DNA from: an uncultured Bacteroidales bacterium
GTDB taxonomy: Bacteria > Bacteroidota > Bacteroidia > Bacteroidales > JAEINX01
Direction of reading: 5' to 3'
Assembly: GCA_964462015.1 (NCBI GenBank)
Contig: CAYWXI010000010.1
Location: forward strand, 19,819 to 83,818
DNA length: 64,000 nucleotides
Position numbers and translations under genes: made by a program. The stretch's first letter is position 1. Each line of letters begins with the position of its first letter. Below, piece by piece: positions 45,565-55,320 of this stretch. The notes below the pieces were generated by a model. The model did not search any database and had not been told where the DNA came from. It was given only the letters and a program-made list of their open reading frames with translations.

Positions 45565-46029
45565 ATGAATATGAACAAGTCAAAAAAGCAAAAGCGCTAC
45601 CAAAGATTATATTTACAATTGGAAAAATTATTGGAAAAAAGCAATAATCCCATCGCCAATATGGCGACAATTGTAGCAGTTTTACATAATAAGATGGAAT
45701 ATTTTTTCTGGACAGGTTTTTATCTTCTTGATGATTCGGAACTTATTGTTGGTCCTTATCAGGGTTCGCTGGCATGTGTTAAACTCAAAAAAGATATTGG
45801 TGTTTGTTGGGCAGGAATAAATCAACAGAAGACAATTATTGTTGACAATGTTGAAACTTTTCCTGGGCATATTGCCTGTGATTCGCGTTCAAAATCTGAA
45901 ATTGTTGTTCCGTTAAAAAATCCTAACGGTGATATAGTTGGAATTTTGGATGTTGATAGCAAAGTTACAGAATCATTTAATGAGACTGATGCTGAAGGAC
46001 TTGAAAAAATTATTAAATTAATTTTCTGA
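45565..46029 (+). CDS. GAF-domain protein, free methionine-(R)-sulfoxide reductase-like
   Basis: 'WTGFYLL...LIVGPYQGSLACVKL...GVCW...TFPGHIACDSRSKSEIVVPL'. ATG at 45565 preferred over TTG at 45550. Confidence 0.8.
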   Translation: MNMNKSKKQKRYQRLYLQLEKLLEKSNNPIANMATIVAVLHNKMEYFFWTGFYLLDDSELIVGPYQGSLACVKLKKDIGVCWAGINQQKTIIVDNVETFPGHIACDSRSKSEIVVPLKNPNGDIVGILDVDSKVTESFNETDAEGLEKIIKLIF

Positions 46030-46097
46030 GAAAGAATTTATGTTTAAAAAGAAGATTAATAAAACTTTTTTATCTAAACTAATAAATCAATAATATT

Positions 46098-46646
46098 TTG
46101 AGTACACTTGAAATAATCATAATTGCAATTGGCCTGGCGATGGATTCGTTTGCTGTTTCACTTGTATGCGGCATACAAAATTGCGTTAATTGGAAAGAAA
46201 TTTTAAAAATAGCATTTTTCTTTTCTCTTTTTCAAGGAGTAATGCCTTTTTTTGGTTGGTTGCTTGGCGGTGCATTCTTGCAAAATTTTCAATCCTACAA
46301 TAATTATATTGCCTTTTCAATATTTTTTCTTATCGGTATTAAAATGATTTATGACTCATTTAAAGATACATCAAAAAACAGAATTTTTTTAATCGACAAT
46401 CTTCGTGTAATAATTGGTTTATCAATAGCAACCAGTCTTGATGCCTTAATAGTTGGCATGAGTTTTGGTTTTTTAAATATTAATATAATTAAAACTATGT
46501 TAATAATTTTTGTTATAACATTTATATTTTCAGTAATCGGTGTCCGGATTGGGAAAAAATACGGACATTTGCTACTTGGAAAAAAAGCAGAATTTGTTGG
46601 TGGATTAATTTTGATAGGGATCGGAATTACACAATTAGTTAATTAA
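46098..46646 (+). CDS. mntP: manganese efflux pump MntP
   Basis: 'IAIGLAMDSFAVS' and the second 'ATSLDALIVG' half-repeat. 182 aa, 6 TM. TTG start. Confidence 0.85.
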   Translation: MSTLEIIIIAIGLAMDSFAVSLVCGIQNCVNWKEILKIAFFFSLFQGVMPFFGWLLGGAFLQNFQSYNNYIAFSIFFLIGIKMIYDSFKDTSKNRIFLIDNLRVIIGLSIATSLDALIVGMSFGFLNINIIKTMLIIFVITFIFSVIGVRIGKKYGHLLLGKKAEFVGGLILIGIGITQLVN

Positions 46647-46692
46647 CATATCTTGTTTCACAACAATTCATTAAATATTGAAATTAGAAAAA

Positions 46693-47715
46693 ATGAAAAA
46701 ATTATTTTTATTAATAACGATACTTACTCTTGGTAATCTTAGTTTCAGTCAGATCCCGTCGGGATATTACGATGGAACAGAAGGATTAAATGGATTGCAA
46801 TTGAAGTCGGTTCTTCATAATATAATAGATGAGCATTGGGAATATTCATACAATGATTTACGGGATTTCATTTTAAAGGAAACTGATGAGGACCCAAATA
46901 ACTCAAATAATGTAATTCTATTATACACAGGTCGTTCACAAGCTAAATCAACTTTTGGAGGAGGTGCAAATAACTGGAATAGAGAACATGTTTGGGCAAA
47001 ATCGCATGGGAATTTTGGTAATAATCCACCTTGTGGAACCGATGCTCATCATATTCGCCCCACAGATGTCTCTGTAAATAGTGATAGAGGACACCTTGAT
47101 TTTAACAATGGTGGTACAGCAATTTATGATATGGGGTATCTTGCCGGTTATAGAATTAATAATGTGTCGTGGGAACCAACAGATGAGGTTAAAGGTGATG
47201 TTGCAAGAATGATTTTTTATATGGCTGTACGATATGAGGGTGACAATGGAGAACCGGATTTGGAAGTTGTTGATTATGTAAACACCTATCCCAATCCAAA
47301 ACATGGAAAACTCTCAACTCTTTTGGAATGGAACATTGCAGATCCTCCCGATGATTTTGAAAAAAACAGAAATGAAATAGTTTATGATTATCAGGAAAAT
47401 AGAAATCCATTCATTGACCACCCTGAGTTTGCAACCCTGATATGGGATCCATTTTCTTCGGTCGATGAATTTCCTACTGATAATAAAAAAATTTTTTTAT
47501 ATCCTTCGCCGGCACAACACTATTGCTATATAAATGTATCTACTTCGCTCAATGAAATCCAAAGTAGTTTTACTGTTTTTGATGTTTCGGGTAAAACATT
47601 AGATATTCCTTATACAAACGAAGGAAATAAATTACGACTTGATATTTCGAATATTTCAAAAGGCATTTATTTTGTTAAAATTGGTTCAACAACAATTTTA
47701 AAACTTGTTAAATAA
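46693..47715 (+). CDS. secreted endonuclease I-family nuclease with T9SS C-terminal sorting domain
   Basis: 'NREHVWAKSHG', 'DAHHIRPTD', 'NRNPFIDHPE'. C-terminal 'LYPSPAQHYCYINV...GIYFVKIGSTTILKLVK'. ATG at 46693 gives a clean signal peptide. Confidence 0.8.
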   Translation: MKKLFLLITILTLGNLSFSQIPSGYYDGTEGLNGLQLKSVLHNIIDEHWEYSYNDLRDFILKETDEDPNNSNNVILLYTGRSQAKSTFGGGANNWNREHVWAKSHGNFGNNPPCGTDAHHIRPTDVSVNSDRGHLDFNNGGTAIYDMGYLAGYRINNVSWEPTDEVKGDVARMIFYMAVRYEGDNGEPDLEVVDYVNTYPNPKHGKLSTLLEWNIADPPDDFEKNRNEIVYDYQENRNPFIDHPEFATLIWDPFSSVDEFPTDNKKIFLYPSPAQHYCYINVSTSLNEIQSSFTVFDVSGKTLDIPYTNEGNKLRLDISNISKGIYFVKIGSTTILKLVK

Positions 47716-47721
47716 TTTTTT

Positions 47722-48171
47722 ATGAACACTGTTAGGATAACAAAAGAATTCGATTTTGAAATGGCTCATGCCCTACTTGGCTACGATGGGCCATGTAAAA
47801 ATATTCATGGACACTCTTACAACCTTTCGGTTACAATTATTGGTAAACCATTAGAGGATGAAAAATCCTCAAAATTCGGAATGCTTTTAGACTTTAAATT
47901 ATTAAAGAAAATTGTGAAAGATTGTATTATTAATAAATTCGATCATGCATTAATTCTTTACAAAAATCATCCGAAAGAACTTTTAACGGAAATAAATAAA
48001 AATTTCGAGAAAATAATTATTGCAGATTATCAGCCTACGAGTGAGAATATAATTATTGACTTTGCAAACCGAATAAAGGAAAAATTACCTGAAAATATTG
48101 AATTGTTCAGTTTAAAATTACACGAAACAGCTACTTCTTTCTCTGAATGGTATAAAGAGGATAACATATAA
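47722..48171 (+). CDS. queD: 6-carboxy-5,6,7,8-tetrahydropterin synthase (PTPS family)
   Basis: 'ITKEFDFEMAHAL...CKNIHGHSY' Cys/His-x-His active-site pattern. 149 aa. Confidence 0.85.
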   Translation: MNTVRITKEFDFEMAHALLGYDGPCKNIHGHSYNLSVTIIGKPLEDEKSSKFGMLLDFKLLKKIVKDCIINKFDHALILYKNHPKELLTEINKNFEKIIIADYQPTSENIIIDFANRIKEKLPENIELFSLKLHETATSFSEWYKEDNI

Positions 48172-48334
48172 AATATTTCGGAAGCATTCACTGTTTAAGA
48201 TAAACTGTATAGAAAGCTGAATGGCTAAATTATTTAAACAATACCAAAGCTACGAACTAACAATTTATCAATATTACTTTTTAATAATCATTTGGATTAT
48301 AATGATTTAAAGCAGTGTATGCACGCTTACAGTA

Positions 48335-49951
48335 TTACTTGATTCGTATGAATTTCCTTTGAATTTTTCTTCCGCTTTCTGTTGAAATTATTAAGGAATA
48401 CAAACCATTTTGTAAATCAGAAACATTTATAGTAAGAGCTTGTTTTCCTGCTGATAAAAATTCTTGATTACTATAAACAACTTGTCCTAAATGATTTATT
48501 ATTGAATATTTAATATCGGAACTTTTATCTAAACTAATTACAATTTTTGCATCATTAATAATAGGATTTGGGTAAATTTCACCAACAGTAATTAATTCAA
48601 TATTATCTAATTCACTAATATACACGCTACCATTTGTAAAATCAATTATTATCACTAAATCATTACAATTAGGATTCTCAGCACTAAGAATTACTTGTTG
48701 AGGACTTGATTGGATACCGGCTACCTCAGCAAATATTTTATAAGTACCAAAAGCCAGACTATTAAAACAGAAATCCCCCTCTCCAAAAGAATGACAATAT
48801 GATAATGAATTATTATTTTCATCTAATATTAATAATTCAATATTATTGATGCATTCACCTGTTTCATAATTTTCAACAATTCCATTAATACCTCCCGGGC
48901 CTGATGAATAACCGGGTGTTTGGTCAAGATGAATATCATTATCGAAGGATGTTTGATAAAAGTGAATTATTTCAGCATTTACCCAATTAATTTCATCACC
49001 AACATAGCCGGGAAAATATTCGTTATAATAAATTGATTGCAAGTCCAGATCGGTTTTCACAATATATTCTCCACCAATTATTTGATAAAACCAAAAGCTA
49101 CCAACTTCGTCAAACTCTATTGTATCAATTGGAACAACAACTTCACCTTCTTCTATTTTATATAAATATCCAATACCAATATCAATTGGATATATTCCGG
49201 CAAAAACTTGGCCCCCCATATTAAAATAATCACGATAACCTACTTTGAGATGTTTTGTAAGGGAAGTCGAAATATATTCACCGTTTGTCTGGTCATAAGA
49301 AACAATTGTCAATTTCACTTTATATACTCTGTTTTCAGAATAGATGTGTTCGGGATTTTGAGCCGATGAAAAATTTCCATCTCCAAAATTCCATTCCCAT
49401 GAAATTATTCCAGTACATGGCGAATAATCCAAAAAGGATACTTTGTATTTATTTATTGTGTCAAAATCAAATTTAAAATCAGGGTAACATTTAGTAACTG
49501 TGGTTGTATCATTTATTTTAAAGTTTGCTATGAAATTATTTGAATTATCCCAGATAAATCTGCAATATAAAGTCGTATCGTAACATTCATTTTTATAATC
49601 AAAGGTTTCAATTATGAAAGAGCCTTTAGGTAAGGTAGTATTAATCGTATCATAGAAAAATCCTAATGAATCAGTTAAAACACTATTATTATAAGTCAAT
49701 CCGGGTTTATAAGTGGAATCACCAATTATATTTACTGATTGATTAATCAGCGGAGCATTATGTTCAATACTTAAAACTTGTCCCGAAATAAAAATTTTAT
49801 TTTCAAGCGCCTGAACCTGAGCAAAACTAAAGTTACTCACCAATAATAAAACAATGATTGACATAAGGGCTGTAAGCTGTGAATTACAAGCCATCTTATA
49901 AAACACGAAACGTTTTATTCTGTTACAACTTATATTATTAATACTTTTCAT
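48335..49951 (-). CDS. PKD-domain protein with T9SS type-A C-terminal sorting domain
   Basis: 'WEWNFGDGNFSSAQNPEHIYSENRVYKVKLTI' PKD signature. C-terminal 'IYPNPIINDAKIV...GLYSLIISTESGRKIQRKFIRIK'. Confidence 0.75.
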   Translation of the reverse strand: MKSINNISCNRIKRFVFYKMACNSQLTALMSIIVLLLVSNFSFAQVQALENKIFISGQVLSIEHNAPLINQSVNIIGDSTYKPGLTYNNSVLTDSLGFFYDTINTTLPKGSFIIETFDYKNECYDTTLYCRFIWDNSNNFIANFKINDTTTVTKCYPDFKFDFDTINKYKVSFLDYSPCTGIISWEWNFGDGNFSSAQNPEHIYSENRVYKVKLTIVSYDQTNGEYISTSLTKHLKVGYRDYFNMGGQVFAGIYPIDIGIGYLYKIEEGEVVVPIDTIEFDEVGSFWFYQIIGGEYIVKTDLDLQSIYYNEYFPGYVGDEINWVNAEIIHFYQTSFDNDIHLDQTPGYSSGPGGINGIVENYETGECINNIELLILDENNNSLSYCHSFGEGDFCFNSLAFGTYKIFAEVAGIQSSPQQVILSAENPNCNDLVIIIDFTNGSVYISELDNIELITVGEIYPNPIINDAKIVISLDKSSDIKYSIINHLGQVVYSNQEFLSAGKQALTINVSDLQNGLYSLIISTESGRKIQRKFIRIK

Positions 49952-49958
49952 TACTTAA

Positions 49959-51449
49959 TTAAAACTTATAAATTAAACCTGTCCTCACTCCAAGCGAATA
50001 AGGATGTTTAGTTGAAATAATGTTGTTATCATTATTATAAACAGATCTCAAATAATACCTGAAAGTAGGCTCAATAGAAATATTTAAATGATTTGATAAT
50101 TTATACGCAAATCCAACATTTATTGCAAATTGCCAGTTAGTATTTATTCGAGTTGGAATGTTCTTGTCTATTTTTATAGGATTAATTTTACCTTCAGGAA
50201 GAACAGCGTTCGGAATATTTTTATTTATCATAAATGACATAATGGGTCCACCTTTCAGTGAATAGGAGATTCTCTGATTACTTTTTACAAATCCAAATAA
50301 TAAAGGAATTTGTAAATATGTATAGCTATTTTTTGATGGTGAAATTGATACTTTGCTGACCGAATCGTAAACATCAACTGTAGTTGTATGGAAAATGGGG
50401 GTTACTGTTGGCCCCGTTGTATCGAAAGTTATGCTTAACAAATCTTCATAAGAACCAAGATATTCCTCGTAATCAATTTTATAATTACCATTATCTTCAG
50501 AAAAACTAACACCTAATCCACTCTCAATTATGAATCCGTTATAATTTAAATTTAGTCCTAAACCCAGCGTATTTGCGTTTTTATTAACATCAGCATCTGA
50601 GGGATAGAAAATAATTTCAGGTGTAAAATAAGCTCCAAGAGAAATCTCAGGCTTAATACGATGTTTTATGATTAATTCTTCTTCAATAACATCTTGTTGT
50701 TGAATATCATTAATATTTCCTTCCAATAATTCAGTATTATCTTTTTCAATATTAATATCTGACTTATTATTAATATTTTGACCTAACTCTTCATTAAATG
50801 ATATATCTTCCTGCGATATAATCGCAGTATTGAAGCTATCAAGTGTTATAGTTTCATCACCGAGAATGATATCATTCTCATCAGATGAGGCAAGTTGAAT
50901 TTCTTCAGAATTTGAATAAACAGGTTCTTCTTTTATTTCATCAATTGCTTTTTCTATTAATTCTTCTTCTTTTTTCTGTTCAGTGTATATAACTTTAGGT
51001 GCTAATAATTCTTTTTCTGTTATTGTCTCTATTTCAGGCTTTTCAATTTCAGGTTCAATATCTGTTCTAATGTTTGTTTCAGTTTCTTTTTCTACTTTAC
51101 GATTTTCACTTAATAACTCTATAGTTTCAGCATTTTCATAATTTTTTACTGAAACCTGGTCAATGTTTTCTTTATTTTGAATTGAATTCTCAGAAATAAT
51201 ATTAATAGGTTCAGAGGCTACAGGGTCATTTTTTTCTCCATCAAAAATAAAGTATGAGGTAATAAGTGCAACAGTAACAACTGAAATTATGATTGAAATT
51301 ATTCGGTTTCCACCAAAATTACCTGATTTAGTATTAGAATCGGAGAAATTCTGCTTAATATTTTCCCATACCATTTCAGGTGGATCAACTTCGAAATCTC
51401 GAAATTTATCCTTAAATAATTCATCAATATTATTATATGTCTTTTTCAC
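49959..51449 (-). CDS. membrane-anchored protein downstream of the ECF sigma: short cytoplasmic N-terminus, one TM, acidic low-complexity linker, beta-barrel-like C-terminus
   Basis: TM 'IISIIISVVTVALITSYFIF' (residues 49-69). Glu/Ile/Asp-rich region at about residues 75-270. C-terminal alternating beta pattern ending in 'GLIYKF'. 4-nt overlap with the sigma gene. Confidence 0.45.
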   Translation of the reverse strand: MKKTYNNIDELFKDKFRDFEVDPPEMVWENIKQNFSDSNTKSGNFGGNRIISIIISVVTVALITSYFIFDGEKNDPVASEPINIISENSIQNKENIDQVSVKNYENAETIELLSENRKVEKETETNIRTDIEPEIEKPEIETITEKELLAPKVIYTEQKKEEELIEKAIDEIKEEPVYSNSEEIQLASSDENDIILGDETITLDSFNTAIISQEDISFNEELGQNINNKSDINIEKDNTELLEGNINDIQQQDVIEEELIIKHRIKPEISLGAYFTPEIIFYPSDADVNKNANTLGLGLNLNYNGFIIESGLGVSFSEDNGNYKIDYEEYLGSYEDLLSITFDTTGPTVTPIFHTTTVDVYDSVSKVSISPSKNSYTYLQIPLLFGFVKSNQRISYSLKGGPIMSFMINKNIPNAVLPEGKINPIKIDKNIPTRINTNWQFAINVGFAYKLSNHLNISIEPTFRYYLRSVYNNDNNIISTKHPYSLGVRTGLIYKF

Positions 51450-51988
51450 AAACCAACGTTTATCAAATTAACAACTTTCTTCTGCAAAATTGCTCTTGCT
51501 CTCGACAATTGCGATTTTGAAGTATTTTCAGAAATACTGAGTTTTTTTCCAATTTCTTTATGTGTATATCCTTCAATAACATTTAAATTAAATACTGTTC
51601 TATATCCATCAGGCAGTGTTTGAATTAATTTTAACAATTCATTTACAGAGATCTTATCAAGGACGCTCTCATTTTCGACTTTAGTCGTTCTTATATCTTC
51701 AATATCAACCTCTACAAATCGACGAGACTTTTTCTTAAAATAATTAATTGCAGTATTAATTATTGTACGCCTAATCCATCCTTCAAATGATCCTTCGTGC
51801 CTAAAGTTTTTTAAGTTTGCAAATATTTTTATAAAACCCTCCTGAAGAATTTCTTCTGCCTCCATTTTATTTTTGGCGAAACGCAAGCAAACACCGAACA
51901 TTTTCGGCGCATAACGTCTATACATCGCCTCCTGCGATTTAGCATCGTTATTTATGCAACGTTCTATAAAATCTCTTTCAGAATGCAT
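51446..51988 (-). CDS. ECF-type RNA polymerase sigma-70 family factor
   Basis: Region 2 'EAEEILQEGFIKIF' and region 4 'GYTHKEIGKKLSISENTSKSQLSRARAIL'. Confidence 0.88.
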   Translation of the reverse strand: MHSERDFIERCINNDAKSQEAMYRRYAPKMFGVCLRFAKNKMEAEEILQEGFIKIFANLKNFRHEGSFEGWIRRTIINTAINYFKKKSRRFVEVDIEDIRTTKVENESVLDKISVNELLKLIQTLPDGYRTVFNLNVIEGYTHKEIGKKLSISENTSKSQLSRARAILQKKVVNLINVGL

Positions 51989-52278
51989 TTACCTGCTTTA
52001 ACCCCTTACAAACCATATCAAAACCACTCTCGGTTAATTTATGTTAAATGATAAATTTAACCTTCAAGGCGTAAAACTACATAAATTATTTTTACACAGG
52101 CAAAAAAAAGAGTTATTTTTTCGTTATTTTTTATTGCAAACCGTAAAAACTTTCTAACCCAATATGTATAAGTACTTTCTTAATATTTTTTTAATACCTT
52201 TTAGACAAGGAAATAAATAAAATGGTTGCATTAAAAACATTAATTTTCCTATAGATTTTTCTTTAAAGTAGGATTCAA

Positions 52279-52316
52279 CTTTTTTTAAACTTGTAGAAAA
52301 CAAGTTTAAAAAAAAG
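52279..52316. terminator. A/T-rich perfect hairpin downstream of ctp (possible bidirectional terminator)
   Basis: ctttttttaaacttg / caagtttaaaaaaa(a)g, stem of about 15 bp, 7-nt loop. Confidence 0.45.
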
Positions 52317-52447
52317 TACATTTATAAATTGTTGAATATCTATATAATTAGAATCTATGTTGTTTACAAAACTTGTCCACCAGTATGGATGAATAAATTT
52401 GATTTCACCATATGTAACAACTTCTGCTTAATAGAGCTATTATAGAA

Positions 52448-54094
52448 TTATTCAATACCTGTTAAAATATTAAGGGCTTTTAGAAATGTACTGTCGGTTT
52501 TATGATAAATCGGATAAAAGCCTTCATTATCAAATATTTCACGACCAATTAATGCTTTCAACATCAATAAAATTCTTTCTTTTGACTTATCTATCAATGC
52601 TTTATTATATTCAACGCCTTTACTCTCTGCATATTCTATGAAATTCTGAAATTCAGTGTCATTAATTTCAAAATGATCATTATAATCTTCAAAACCCTGA
52701 TATTGATCTAATTTATGTCTGTTCTTATCGGAATATTCAAAAACAAATTGAAAAATAGAACCTTTATCAACTACTTCATTATAAAATTTCAGATCGGGAT
52801 TAGTCGGGATTGGAACAAAAATATCAGGCATTATTCCTCCACCTCCATAAACAGTTTTTCCTTTTGGGGTTGTAAATTTCAATGAATCATTAAAATGCAC
52901 ACTATCTACTGAAAGCATTTCACCATTTAAATATCGTTCATAAGACTCATAATAATAATTTTCAATTCCGTCCTCATAGGGTTTTTGAATACATCTTCCG
53001 GTTGGTGTGTAATATCTTGCAACAGTCAGTCTGATAGCTGAACCATCAGGTAAATTCATTTGTTCCTGAACAAGGCCTTTTCCAAATGATCTTCTTCCTA
53101 TTATTAAAGCACGGTCGTTATCCTGAATTGCTCCAGCAACTATTTCGCTTGCAGAGGCTGACTGATCGTCAATTAACACGATTAATTCATTATCTTCGAA
53201 AACTCCTTTTGATGTTGCATAAGCATAAGATGTCGGACGATTATTTCCTTTCGTATATACTATGAGTTTTTCCTTTATTAAGAATTCATCGGCAAGTTGA
53301 ATTGCAGCCTGAAGATAGCCACCAACATTCCCACGTAAGTCTAAAATAAGTTTTTCTAATCCCTGATTTAACAGATTTTTAAGAGCATCACTAAATTCCT
53401 GAAATGTTGTTGCAGAGAATTTACTCAGTTTAATATAACCAATTGAATCATTAACCATATATGCTATGTCAAGGCTATATGTTGGAATTACATCTCTTGT
53501 TATCGTAAAATCAAGTAATTCGGGAATTCCTCTTCTAAAAACACTTAAATTAACTTCAGTTTCTCGCTTACCTTTTAGCCTTTTCATTGCACCTGAATTC
53601 GAAATTCCGGTACCGGCAACATTTTCCCCATCAATTTTCACAATACGATCACCTGCTTTAATTCCAACCTTCTTTGAAGGCCCGCCTTGTATGGGGTGTA
53701 TAACTTTAATAGTATCTTTTTCGATGCGAAATTGAACTCCAATTCCTTCAAAATTACCGGTAAGACTGGAGTTTATCTCAGCAAATTCTTCAGAACTAAT
53801 GTATCTTGAATGAGGATCTAAAGTTGATAAAATACCATCAATAGCTTCACTGTTTATTTTCTCACGATTTACTGAGTCAACGTAATCGGATTCAATATAA
53901 TTAACTACATCATTTAATTTATCATAATTTTCAACCGAAAGAGAAAACAAATTATTTTGAAGAGAAGAAACTGAAACAATTTTTGTTCCAATATATATTC
54001 CAATTATCAGGATTATTGCAAAATAAATCGGGAGGTAGGGGGAGTATTTTTTTGATGACATAAGTTTAAAATAAATAAAAGCTTCCTTATGCAA
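52448..54094 (-). CDS. ctp: S41-family C-terminal processing peptidase (PDZ domain)
   Basis: PDZ 'GGPSKKVGIKAGDRIVKIDG'. 'RGNVGGYL', catalytic-Ser block 'DQSASASEI', 'SFGKGLVQ'. The true start may be the internal M12. Confidence 0.9.
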   Translation of the reverse strand: MHKEAFIYFKLMSSKKYSPYLPIYFAIILIIGIYIGTKIVSVSSLQNNLFSLSVENYDKLNDVVNYIESDYVDSVNREKINSEAIDGILSTLDPHSRYISSEEFAEINSSLTGNFEGIGVQFRIEKDTIKVIHPIQGGPSKKVGIKAGDRIVKIDGENVAGTGISNSGAMKRLKGKRETEVNLSVFRRGIPELLDFTITRDVIPTYSLDIAYMVNDSIGYIKLSKFSATTFQEFSDALKNLLNQGLEKLILDLRGNVGGYLQAAIQLADEFLIKEKLIVYTKGNNRPTSYAYATSKGVFEDNELIVLIDDQSASASEIVAGAIQDNDRALIIGRRSFGKGLVQEQMNLPDGSAIRLTVARYYTPTGRCIQKPYEDGIENYYYESYERYLNGEMLSVDSVHFNDSLKFTTPKGKTVYGGGGIMPDIFVPIPTNPDLKFYNEVVDKGSIFQFVFEYSDKNRHKLDQYQGFEDYNDHFEINDTEFQNFIEYAESKGVEYNKALIDKSKERILLMLKALIGREIFDNEGFYPIYHKTDSTFLKALNILTGIE

Positions 54095-54122
54095 AAGAAA
54101 GCTTTACATTTTTGTTTGATTT

Positions 54123-54209
54123 TTGGTACCCGGGGCCGGGGTCGAACCGGCACGAGAATTACCTCATTGGTGTTTGAGACCAACGCGTCTACCAATTCCG
54201 CCACCCGGG
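54123..54209 (-). tRNA. tRNA-Leu (anticodon CAA), 87 nt, long variable arm, CCA encoded
   Basis: The reverse complement folds as a cloverleaf. Acceptor GCCCGGG/CCCGGGT (G1-U72). D region 'GGCGGAATTGGTAGACGC'. Anticodon loop CTCAAAC. T arm GCCGG-TTCGACC-CCGGC. 3' ACCA. Confidence 0.93.
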
Positions 54210-54314
54210 CTTTTCACTTTATCAACCGCAAAATTATTCAAATATTTCAAATAACAAAGAATATTTTTCAAAAGTACAGTTAAATTATTCCTTGTTATAC
54301 GGAAAAATATTTAC

Positions 54315-54322
54315 TACTTTTG
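54315..54322 (+). promoter_or_regulatory. candidate -7 box (TACTTTTG) for prs
   Basis: Matches TAnnTTTG 33 nt upstream of the ATG at 54355. Confidence 0.45.
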
Positions 54323-54354
54323 CCGACCAAAAAAACGAAAAAATTTTTATTAAA

Positions 54355-55293
54355 ATGGCGAAAAAATTAGTTACAATATTAGCAGGTAGGGCTTCAAGTA
54401 AATTAGCCGAAGAAATTGCTGACAGCTATGGTGTTAGCTTAGGGAAAGTTGTTGTTACTGATTTTTCTGATGGAGAATTTCAACCCAGTTTCGAAGATAA
54501 TGTCAGAGGAAGAGACGTGTTTATTGTGCAATCGACTTTTGCACCAAGCGACAATCTGTTAGAATTACTTCTTATGATTGATGCTGCCAGAAGATCATCG
54601 GCCAGACAAATAATTGCTGTTATTCCGTATTTTGGATTTGCACGTCAGGATCGTAAGGATAAACCAAGAGTTTCGATTGCTGCAAAGCTGGTTGCCAACC
54701 TATTATCAGCTTCTGGTGTTAACAGAATTATCACTATTGACCTTCATGCCGATCAAATTCAAGGTTTTTTCGATATTCCTGTTGATCATGTTTATGCTTC
54801 ATCTATTTTTATTAATTTTCTAAAAAGACTTAATCTTCCGAACATTACCATGGCATCACCTGATACAGGTGGTACAAGAAGAGCAGGTGCTTATGCAAAA
54901 ATGCTTAACACTGATCTCGTTATTTGCTATAAACAAAGATCAAAACCTAATGAGGTTGAAAAGATGTCATTAGTTGGTGATGTGAATGGAAAAAATATAA
55001 TTCTCATTGATGATATTATCGACACTGCCGGCTCAATTACCAAAGCTTCTCAACTTATGATGGACAATGGAGCAACAAGTGTTCGTGTAATATGTACTCA
55101 CCCTGTTTTTTCAGGGCAGGCCTACGAACGAATTGAAAACTCTCCCATTACTGAAGTTATTGTTACAGACACACTTCCTTTGAAAAAAGATTGTGATAAA
55201 ATTAAGGTGCTATCAACCGCCGATATTTTTGCAGAAGTAATAAAAAGGGTTGTAAACTATAAATCAATAAGTTCATTATTCGATCTTAAATAA
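54355..55293 (+). CDS. prs: ribose-phosphate pyrophosphokinase
   Basis: 'DLHADQIQGFF' and the PRPP-binding 'ILIDDIIDTAGS'. The ATG at 54355 (MAKKLVTIL) is preferred over the ORF-track start at 54292. Confidence 0.95.
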   Translation: MAKKLVTILAGRASSKLAEEIADSYGVSLGKVVVTDFSDGEFQPSFEDNVRGRDVFIVQSTFAPSDNLLELLLMIDAARRSSARQIIAVIPYFGFARQDRKDKPRVSIAAKLVANLLSASGVNRIITIDLHADQIQGFFDIPVDHVYASSIFINFLKRLNLPNITMASPDTGGTRRAGAYAKMLNTDLVICYKQRSKPNEVEKMSLVGDVNGKNIILIDDIIDTAGSITKASQLMMDNGATSVRVICTHPVFSGQAYERIENSPITEVIVTDTLPLKKDCDKIKVLSTADIFAEVIKRVVNYKSISSLFDLK

Positions 55294-55320
55294 TAATTTT
55301 AAATTAATTTAATTAACATT

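Noticed and set aside
46030-46097. yybP-ykoY manganese riboswitch upstream of mntP.
   Set aside because: Only 68 nt of AT-rich spacer is available. There is no room or GC content for the four-helix riboswitch.
54013-54283. Two ORFs (54013-54204 minus, 54089-54283 plus) spanning the ctp-prs spacer.
   Set aside because: Both run through the tRNA-Leu(CAA) gene at 54123-54209, so they are translation artefacts of a structured RNA gene.
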